From contig OZ316897.1 of NCBI GenBank assembly GCA_973895155.1, positions 16,315,838 to 16,379,837 on the forward strand: 64,000 bases of DNA, written 5' to 3'. The notes under the pieces were generated by a model. The model ran no database searches. It had not been told where the DNA came from and saw only the letters and a list, made by a program, of their open reading frames with translations. The position numbers were made by a program, and so were the translations under genes. This document shows, in pieces, positions 50,934 through 60,323 of the stretch (within the stretch, counting starts at the first letter, position 1; each line of letters starts with the position of its first letter). This stretch comes from Marsupella aquatica. Lineage: Eukaryota > Plantae > Marchantiophyta.

Positions 50934-53831
50934 TTAGCCGTTTCATCCAATTGGTCTACATCCTTTACTTCCTCCGGAATTGCAGCTAAAAAGGTGGATT
51001 CTATTGTAAAGCAGTCCTCGACCTCTTCGTCTTCTTCTTCCAAGTCACCTTCCATTGGTTCTTGCCATAATCCGCTGGGGGCTACCTCTGGTCCAAAGAC
51101 ACCTTCTTCGGTTAGGTTAGTGAGGCATTCTAACCAACGTACTTCATCGGCTGACTCCAGTCCACTGTCGTACCCATCTACTTCCCTTATGCTTTTCCTA
51201 CGGTCATCCTTAGTGTCCCAGGATACCGTGATAGAGGGGGTCCCGAAAGTGAACTGCTTTTTACCCCAATCTTCTATTACCTCGGCTAGGTACAGCCATG
51301 GCCTACCAATCAATAGCCGGAATGACGTAGAATTTACCGGCTTCATTACTACATAGTTAATGCTAAAGAAGATACCTCCTATCTCTATCTTGATGCCGGT
51401 TAACACTCCCGTAGGAATGACCTGATATCCATTGGCCATGTTCAACACTCTTCCAGTCATCTCCGGTGTTAGACCCCACCCTTTTGCTGTTGAATCAATC
51501 ATAATACATACCCCTGATCCTCCATCGATGGGTACCCGTAGTAATAATTCTCCTTGAATCATTAATGGTAATGCTGGGGCTCCTTGATCTTCTTCTATCA
51601 TTAGTACGTCGGATCTGGTTGCTACCTTGGGTAATCTTGGCTTGCCGAGAATAGCCTTCCTTAATTGCTTCCGGAAGTACGGTCTATTTTTCAATAGTTG
51701 ACCTACTGTTGCCGAGACTCTAGATTCTAGTACATCTTTAGCCAGGTCATAGGGAACAATCGGCTTCTCTTCTGGTGGTGTTTCCGTCTTGGATTCGGCC
51801 AGTTTTGCCACGCTAGTCTCCACAGCTGTTGGGTCTTCCGAAGCAAACAATGCTTTTGCTCGTTTTACATCCTTGGCAATGGCTTCGGTATTCTCCATGG
51901 TTTCTAATTCTCTTAGTTGTTCCTTAACACTAGCCGTAACAGAGGGGTAGAACAACTTAGGATGATCTCGATTGAAGTCGCTATCTTGTGAAGGATTGGT
52001 TTCACTGGTGGGCTCATGGCTTACCTGTATTGCCGGAGCCCTCCCTTCTCCTTCTGTTGATGTTGACGAAGAGTCGATCCTTTCCTCCGTAACCTTCCCT
52101 TTATTTTTGGCCAGCCCATCCCACCTTTCCTTCCTTCTGGTAGATCGAGTAGAGACCCGGTAGCAATCATGATCTAAATCCTCCTCTGAGAAGGTTGATA
52201 GGGCTTCGGCCTCATCATCAGATGGTACGAACTCTGCCTCGGCATCCTCTTGCCATCCTAGTTCGATGTGGTTGATTTGAACTCCTCCGGGGGTAGTACC
52301 TGGCGGTAAGATCTTGATCGGCAAAAGCTTATGATTTGCGGCCAGGCCTGCCAACCAAGTAGGACATTGCCCTAGCATATGACCTTCCTGTCGGCATCCC
52401 ATACATAGCTGAGCTGGTTGTCCATCACCCTGTTTGCGTGCATTCGGGCATTCTCTAGCAAAATGGCCAGGTTGACCACAATTATAGCACGCTGCAAATC
52501 TTTGCACATTCGGCCTAGGGGGTACTGACGGGTTCTGAATAATCCGAGGATACATCTCTCCTGGATTGTTCCTTAACCCTGACCACAGAGATGCAGGTCT
52601 GTTGGATAGGTCTCGTGCTCCAGTCTCACTGATGCCGAAAACACTATCAGCGGCATCTCCCAAAAAGTACTCTACTTCTCCCTGACATGGTCTGATCTCG
52701 GCCACATGCCGAACATGATTAGTATTAAGCTTAGGACACGCATCTTTATGGTGTCCGGTTTTATAACATAAGGCACACCATACAGAGCTATCCTCCTGTA
52801 CTACCTTCTTCTTTGGTTTTACCTCTGCAATGATAGCCTTAAGTTGCTCGGTAAGGGCTACGATGTTATCTGGTGGCTTAGCCTCCATCTTGACTTTCGT
52901 CTTCCCTCTCCTTCTGCCCTTCCTTTTCCTAGTTTTTTCTTCTTCAGAACTAGAAGATGACTCACTCTTGCTACTCCCACTATCCGAGCTTGACTTATCA
53001 CTTCTAGACTTCTTGGAATGTTTCTTCTTCTTATCTTTTTTCTTATGGGGTGATCCCTCCTCTGATGAGGAACTCTCAGACTTAAGCTGTTTCTTCCGGC
53101 TTGTGATATCTGCATTAATGTATAATTGAATATCCTTAATTGCTTCGGCTAAAGTCTCCGGGTTCTCCTTCCTAATTGCAAAACTCATCTTCTGTGACAA
53201 AGCATTCACCAACCATTGAAGTTGCATACCTTCAGATGCATTGGTCTTTGTCCGTCTTACCAGTTTCTGAAAGTGTTGCAAGAACTTCCTGAAGGATTTG
53301 TTCTCCTTGAACCGAAGTTGTCCCAACTTCAGCACTGCTAGTTCTGAAGTTCCAATGGGTCGAAACTCCTTAACAAAGAGTGTTTTGAAGATATCCCAAG
53401 GCTTGATCTTCCACATCTAATGCTCTGTACCAAGGCCTAGCCTCACCCTTGAACAGGCCGGGAAGAATCTGCATCTTGATGGCCGATTCTCCATTTGCTG
53501 CAGCGGTTCCCTCGAAATCATCCAACCATTCGTCCGGATCCTCATCTCCTCTCCCATGAAATGCCTTGTAATGTATGCGCGACCGCTGGCTCAATCTGGT
53601 CCCTGGCCTCTCGTCTGGCCGTGCCTCTGGTTCCCCCATGTCGGTTGGAGACTCACTTCTCCTTACCGACTCTTCTTCTGGTATGTCTTCTTCGACGCCA
53701 CTTCCAGTTTCGGAGCTACCAGCTCTTTCTGCCCCTCTCAGTCGCTGTGTATCATGCCACCCGGCGAGCTGCTGCAGTCGAGCTCTCTCCCGTTGAATCA
53801 CTCTTTCTTCCCTCGGCGTAAGGTCAGTCAT
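50897..53831 (-). CDS. gag: Gag-protease (one frameshift near 53400), three CCHC zinc knuckles
   Basis: FHGRGDEDPDEWL...KGEARPWY capsid motif. Knuckles CALCYKTGHHKDAC, CYNCGQPGHFAREC, CMGCRQEGHMLGQC. Protease VPIDGGSGVCIM...LLIGRPWL. Confidence 0.9.
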
Positions 53832-53876
53832 TACCTACGCTTCCGTTCTAACTTCATATCTCACGGCTTAAGAAAT

Positions 53877-53896
53877 GCCCTCTCCATCTAGCGCCA
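53877..53896 (-). other. Primer binding site
   Basis: TGGCGCTAGATGGAGAGGGC begins 4 nt after the 5' LTR's terminal CA. Cognate tRNA not assigned. Confidence 0.75.
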
Positions 53897-53900
53897 AAAA

Positions 53901-56464
53901 TGTGGTGCGTCCCATGGCTCCCTAAACCCAAGAAACCCCCCAGCTCAAGCCGATTCCCGCAGGTTTCGTGCTTGGCGAGGCCGTTTCCGCGGCTTAGCGG
54001 CATGGGACGCTGCTAACCTTCTACTACTACTATTAACATTTTACACACATATACTGGACAGATCCTTCATCGGGTCATGAGATACGTAGCCGGCCTAATA
54101 TAGGCCTTCCCCTGTCTTCCCCTATCTTCCCCTCCGTCTTGTTAGGTATGTTTGGATTCCGCCGCCGAAATGATCCCCAATAGGCTTGGTTAAGCCGCTA
54201 AGACCTCTCTCAGCTCGACACATCCAACTCTCACTCCCCTGCTTACTTTCCTTCCTTCTGTTGATGTGGGCACTCTTCACACAAGTTAATGCGACACACA
54301 AATAGCAAAATGACTCATTCTGACTGAGTCATACCATGCACTTGCCATACAAACAGTACATCTCATACACAAGTTCTGCGAACTAAGCCATGAGGCCAAC
54401 TCTATTCAGCTCTTAGGCATGAGGAAACATGAATATACACAAGGGTCACTGTATGACTAACCGAGAGCTTCTCGTACTACTTGATCCCAGCCCGGCTGGT
54501 GCAAACTAAAAACTTGCTAAAGAAGAGGCCCTGAGCTCCCCGCTGCCCAGGTACTTATCCTGGTAGTGGATCCGCCATTCTTTGCATCGTAAGCCTAATC
54601 TACCTGACAGTAATCTACTTGCCCGAATCTACCTATGTACAGCAAGGCAGGAGCACAAGTGTTGCTCCTACCAGTGGGACCGCAATCCCACTAAGCTAAG
54701 TGTCAAGGCCGCTCCTGGTTCTGATCCTAATCCTAAACGTGGAGATCCGCGCCCGCCCTGCCCACTCACGCCTCCTCCCTCCACGTCCGCCCTCCCTAAA
54801 AGGAACGGCGCCCTTGCACCGTCACGACACCGGTGGTGGATCCTCAATGGACGCCCCCAACACTTCCTCCTCAGCCACTGCCGTTGGCCCGCCTACTGAC
54901 AGATTACCTGCCCTTGACCGAGTCAACTCTCCATCGGCCTGACTGGGTCCACCTTCGGCTTCAGCCTCGACACCGGCCTCGGCAATACCCATGGCTTCGG
55001 CCTCAGCCACTCCCACGGCTTCGGCTTCAGCCACTCCCTCGGCTTCGGCTTCCCCTTCCCCTAGGGTGGTTGGATCCTTAGTCGTGACCCTGTCTGGGGT
55101 CGGTGCTGGGTCTACCTCCTTGATCACCACGGCTTGTGAAGTCGTATTACTCCTTGACCCTGAAGGTTTCCGCTTCTTCTTCGTTGGTGGCTCGGCAGCT
55201 GGTCCCTTCCCCTTCCCACTTACTTCCGGCACTGGTGCAGTTGACGCGGCTTGTCCTTCGGCAATTACCACCCCTGGTAACTGGTTTGTCCCAACGGGAG
55301 ATGGACCTGCTGCAGCTAAGCATTTAAATACTGCGGCTTGTTTCTTCAGCCGCTCTGTTTGGTTGTCGGCCCGCCGCTGTAGGTTCTCCATCTTCCTCGT
55401 GATTTCCTCCAACTCCTCTTGGGTTTCATCCAGGTCCTTACGTGCCCCCTCCAGCTCATTTTTGGCCTCCTCCTGCTCCCTGTGGGCTTCCTCCAATTCC
55501 TTCTTCAAGGTAGCCCTCTCCTCCTGGGTTGCTCTTAGCTCCTTGTCGAGCTCTGCAATGATGACAGACTCCATCTGGTTCATCTTGGCGTAAGTCTGTT
55601 CGAGCATCTCGTCCTTCTCCCTTAGGTCGGCCTTGAAGCTGGCCGTCAGGGACGCAAGCTCCTGCTGCAGCGCCATAATCCCTTGATAGGATTTCCCTAA
55701 CTCGACCTCCTTCTGCTCAAGGGCTCCGCGGATTCTCTCGAGCTCCCCTTTCAACGCCCATTCCTTTCTTTGGGTCTCCGCCATGGCCCGGCTGTTGGCT
55801 GTTATGTGGGCCTCCTCTGTATTCTTCAGCTCTTGCTTCCACTTCTCCCTCTCTTTGATCGTGTCGGCCAACTCTCCCTGCGTCTGAGTTAGTTTATCCT
55901 TGATATTCTGATTATCAGCCTGCGCGGTGTCCAACTGCCCCTGCATGATGTTCAGCTCATGTCGTTTAATCCGCAGTTCATCTTGGGCTTTCTTGGCCGC
56001 CCTTAGATCTTCAATCTCGGCTTCCATCCTCCTAAGTCGCCGAATGACCTCGTCCTTCTTGCTTCTCTCTAAAGCCACCGCTTCTTCTAATTGGTGCTTC
56101 TCCAACTGCTCCCTATGGAAAAAGGGTCCTACCTCCAACTCCTCTCCAAAGATGCCGAGCGCAAGTTCCCCACACATCTCACCATACTCCATGGCTCTAT
56201 TCTTAGCGTAGGTGGAGTAAGTAGAAGTGAACTCTCCTCTGCCGGTCCTTCTTCCCGTTGATCCTTCCTAGCCGCCGACGCTTAACGTGCCCTAACCCTA
56301 ATCGGGTTTTCACCCTTAGCCTTACCTCCGGCCTCGGCCCGGGTTCCATGGTTGCCCCTAATTGTTTATATTTTCCTTGTTTTGTCACTATACTAAGGTG
56401 TTCCTAGGGTGCCTTCCTGCTTTACCCACTTAACCGGCCGAGTGATTCCTGTCTAGGCATCACA
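53901..56464 (-). repeat. 5'-position LTR, 2,564 bp: ~2.1-kb internal deletion and a diverged block
   Basis: Collinear with 43026-45348, then jumps at ~56229 to the equivalent of ~47446-47678. Confidence 0.92.
54822..56192 (-). CDS. Uninterrupted coiled-coil half (456 aa) of the LTR-embedded ORF, variant allele
   Basis: Open ORF from an internal ATG, homologous to 45310-43936, with in-frame indels. Confidence 0.7.
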   Translation of the reverse strand: MEYGEMCGELALGIFGEELEVGPFFHREQLEKHQLEEAVALERSKKDEVIRRLRRMEAEIEDLRAAKKAQDELRIKRHELNIMQGQLDTAQADNQNIKDKLTQTQGELADTIKEREKWKQELKNTEEAHITANSRAMAETQRKEWALKGELERIRGALEQKEVELGKSYQGIMALQQELASLTASFKADLREKDEMLEQTYAKMNQMESVIIAELDKELRATQEERATLKKELEEAHREQEEAKNELEGARKDLDETQEELEEITRKMENLQRRADNQTERLKKQAAVFKCLAAAGPSPVGTNQLPGVVIAEGQAASTAPVPEVSGKGKGPAAEPPTKKKRKPSGSRSNTTSQAVVIKEVDPAPTPDRVTTKDPTTLGEGEAEAEGVAEAEAVGVAEAEAMGIAEAGVEAEAEGGPSQADGELTRSRAGNLSVGGPTAVAEEEVLGASIEDPPPVS

Positions 56465-58984
56465 CATATGCCTCAAACGTGCCACACAAACCCTTGAATG
56501 ATGACAATGCATCAATTCCATGGCGTCCTCCGTCCCACGTCACACCAGCGTGCCTTAGGAGTGCGCCCAGTCCTACATTTGCCATGTCGGATGGAGGGTC
56601 GGGTGAAGGTGTCAAATTTGTAGATGGGGGAATCTGAATCTTCCCGAATAGCATTTTCAAAATGCTATCCTGCAATGCCTGAGGCATTTTAGCCTCGTCA
56701 AGCATTGATTGTAATCTCCAAGTTTGTCGATAAATTGCTTCGTCCACGATCAGTATTCTTTGAGGCATTATGTGGATACCATACTGCATGGGAAGCGTCT
56801 GACCAATCCCATCAACATCCAGGTCCTGCAAATCGTTTCTTCCAACGTCATCATTCCCGTCTCCTCCTGTAAGTGCCCTGTACAACAAAGTGGGGGCTGT
56901 ATATCTGTGTTCTTGTCGGGACATTTGAACACCAAAGAAGCTAGCAGAATGACCGTCTTGATGCGATAGGCCATGGCCATCCGGATGCCCACGGTCCACT
57001 AAAAACTTTGCAGGAATGACCCTGCCTGTCTTGTCATAGTTTGCATGTCGTCTTCGATTCCTTGGGCTCACAAAATCATACCCATCCCATAAGCGCGAAC
57101 ATTTGTACTGACAGGTGCATCGTTCCTGGCTTCGGTTCTGGCGTCATGGTGCACACTGCCGTTCCTGTGTACAAAATATTGCAACGAAGTCGACTCAGAA
57201 TTCCTCAGGAGGTGGATGTGCGCGGTGGGATTGTCGGAAGGACGATTGGAGAAGTTCATTATTATGTTCAAGAATACTGTGCATAATTAGGTGGGGCCCA
57301 CGGCATTCATGACTCCGGGAAAGCATTCAAACGTCCTTGTTGCATGTGAGCGAATGTGCTACAGTAGGTGGGAAACCTTATCGTTGACCCTGCAAGCCCG
57401 GGGCCACTGCCTCTAATCCCTCTAAGGCAGTCACTCACCATGTTGAATTCATGCTTATGCTATTCAAATTTGAAGTTCATGTGTATGGTTTTCTTTCTTG
57501 GGCAGCTTACTCCGGGAGTTTATTGACATTTTTGGTTCAAAGTGCATGTTTTTTATTATTGTTGGGACATTGAAATTGTTGTTGGGCCCTGTCTAGGTCT
57601 TTATTTATTTTGTATCCGACCCATCCTTTCTTACAATATGGTCTATGTAAATAGAATTGTCATCCAAGCTTTTTAATGGCATTCCAGTTCACCAAATGCA
57701 TACCAGCTGGTTATAGGGGCTGGCCACGACATCAGCCATCTCAAATGTCACAAGATTAGTGTCATACATACTAATTATTGTGTGACCCTGAAATACCCTG
57801 CTGCCTCAATCTTACGTGCTCATGTCAATTTGTTTTGGGGTTAAGGACCCCCAATGTACCATTTGAAAATAGGTCATTGGTTGATACCCCCTTCTTAAAT
57901 GAAGATAGAGTAATGGCGCAATATATTGAAGTTTAAATAAGTAATGTAGACTATGGAATATTCCTCTAGGGATATAGTGTAGCCTAATATTCCCTTTGTT
58001 AATTCATTTTAGTACTAGTTTGTTTACCTTCATGAAGTCTATAAGCTACCAGAGTTTTAGACAAATTAACACAGGAAGAACAATAATTTTCTAGTACTAA
58101 TTTACAAAAGGATCTAATGTGATAGGATAAGTAATGTTTTTACATGCATAACAAGGCATTTTTAATGCATCAAACGATATACATGGGGGGGGGTTTGTTC
58201 TCAGGGGGGTTCACTTAATGTAGCAAAAGAGGGAGGGCCGAGGGATTCTACTTTGATTTTGATTTTATAAATACGTACATAATCCGCTTTTCAATTCGTC
58301 AAACTTTAATAAAGTTTGAAATGTAATTCAGCTTCATTTGTCAAATGTTAAGTTACACACATCAATTCAGAGTCTATTTGCTTGTCACCAAAAGTAATCT
58401 AACTTACTTGAATATAGAATGGCATGTATTTACTCTCGATCACTTCTTATATAGTGTCACACTTGTTAATGATGGTCAACCTTCAAAATCCTTAGATTAC
58501 GGATTATTAATCCTTAAATTACCCTTCCATTGACATATCATACTAGCTAGCCTTCATTACCTGTTCTTTGCACAAACATGAATAGAGGATAGTACGTATA
58601 AATCATGACAAATGGCATACATGCTTATTATTTGACATACTGGTCATGAGTTTTCTCATCCACATGATCTACCTTGTAGTTGGCGCTTTATAAGTTCTAT
58701 TGTTAAGGGACTGAGACAATTGGTACCTACCTAGCTACCTCCCAAGTTCACCTTAGGATCACGGAACTTGTTATACATGGATCTGCGAACATGCATGTTT
58801 GATTTAATCACTCTCTCAAAAAGGAATAGGAAGGTCACAAAACCCACCAATCATTTATTGACATGTGGCAACCAATGAATTGTGTGATGAAAAGTGGGAC
58901 TTTTTGAATTGTTACCCCCTTACTTCATCCCTACTTCTAAGCACTTCCTTACAAATTAATAATGACTGAAACGCCCCATACTTT

Positions 58985-59452
58985 GGTGCACATGATGTGA
59001 ACATTTAATTTGTGGAAGTGACCCGCACCCCCACCCACCCTGAGCTACCTCCATACTTCATCCTTAAATTAATTAACCTTCCACATATGCATGCATGCAT
59101 ATATGTGCGCAAGTCTTAGGGTTTAGGGTTTAGGGTTAGGGTAATGAATAAAAGGCCCCTTACTTCGATCATTTGCACATGATGTGAACATTTAATTTGT
59201 GGAAGTGACCCGCACCCCCACCCACCCTGAGCTACCTCCATACTTCATCCTTAAATTAATTAACCTTCCACATATGCATGCATGCATGCATATATGTACG
59301 TGCGCAAGTCTTAGGGTTTAGGGTTAGGGTAATGCATAAAAGGCCCCTTACTTCGATCATTTGCACATGATGTGAACATTTAATGGGTGGAAGTGACCCC
59401 CACCCCCACCCACCCTGAGCTACCTCCATGTTTCATCCTTAAATTAATTAAT
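58985..59452. repeat. ~187-bp tandem repeat (2.5 copies) containing telomere-like TT(T)AGGG runs and CATGCATG repeats
   Basis: tgcacatgatgtgaacatttaa at 58987, 59174 and 59362; ttagggtttagggtttagggttagggt at ~59116. Confidence 0.9.
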
Positions 59453-60323
59453 ACGCCTGCCTAGCTGTATGTTTGGTCGCGTTTCACAGGACTTGGCAAG
59501 GAAATGATAATCATTTCCAATCTTATTTTTATGTTTCTCATATTTATGTAATAATATATACTAAGTGCGTGATGACCCCCCCCCCCCCCCCCTAAAGAAA
59601 AGAAAATAGAGTTTTAAAAAGCAAAATGACCCCTGCCTCACCCAATGCTTTTGTGTCCCTCCTCTTCAAAAACCCTTATAACTTCACCTTAAAAGCAGGA
59701 AAATGTGTTAAAAACTCTCCCCTTGTAAGTCATCATGATGTGACATAAAGTGTGCCAATGGTCCATATAACTGGCAATATAAGGGCCTAGATCCAACATT
59801 TGAAACATGTGGCACATGGCAATGAGAAAGTATTGTAGACATTATTATGGGCCCTGTTTTAGGCCCCTCATCACAAGTTCAGCCATATAGCAACCTCTAT
59901 AAGATTCAATGTATGTAAGGAAAGCTCCCACAAGTTCATCCAATGTCTTCAGAAAATGAAAACTCAGATTTATGTTAGGGGAAGGGTGAGAAATTTAGAA
60001 CGAAAGGAGACAAAGTCTTTTTTTATTTGATTTATTTTGCCGCATATTTACTCCATTAAAACGTGCCCAAGTACACAAAGTGTCCGCCATGTCTCCCAAG
60101 AGAAAAACTCTGCGTCTCTCTAAAATGAACGTCTCCCAAAGCTCCGCTTCCGTAGAGTCAACGTCCCCGTAAAATCAACGTCTCCCAAAACTCGGCCCTA
60201 AACTCCGGGTCTCCCTTCTGGATCCTCTACTTGCATTCACTTTGCGCCCCACGATAATTTACTTATCTAGTGACCCCTCTGCACAATTTGTCGAGTGTTC
60301 TGCAGTCCGGCTTGTCATTTGAT

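Larger units (their letters stand above)
43026..56464 (-). mobile_element. Ty3/gypsy LTR retrotransposon, non-chromoviral (Athila-like pol, no extra RNase H or chromodomain seen), chimeric right LTR
   Basis: Direct repeats 43026-47678 and 53901-56464 with TG...CA ends, PBS, PPT, and gag-PR-RT-RH-INT order. Confidence 0.95.

Noticed and set aside
59110-59332. Telomere or chromosome-fusion site
   Set aside because: Only 3-4 repeats, embedded in a larger tandem unit, with no inverted junction.
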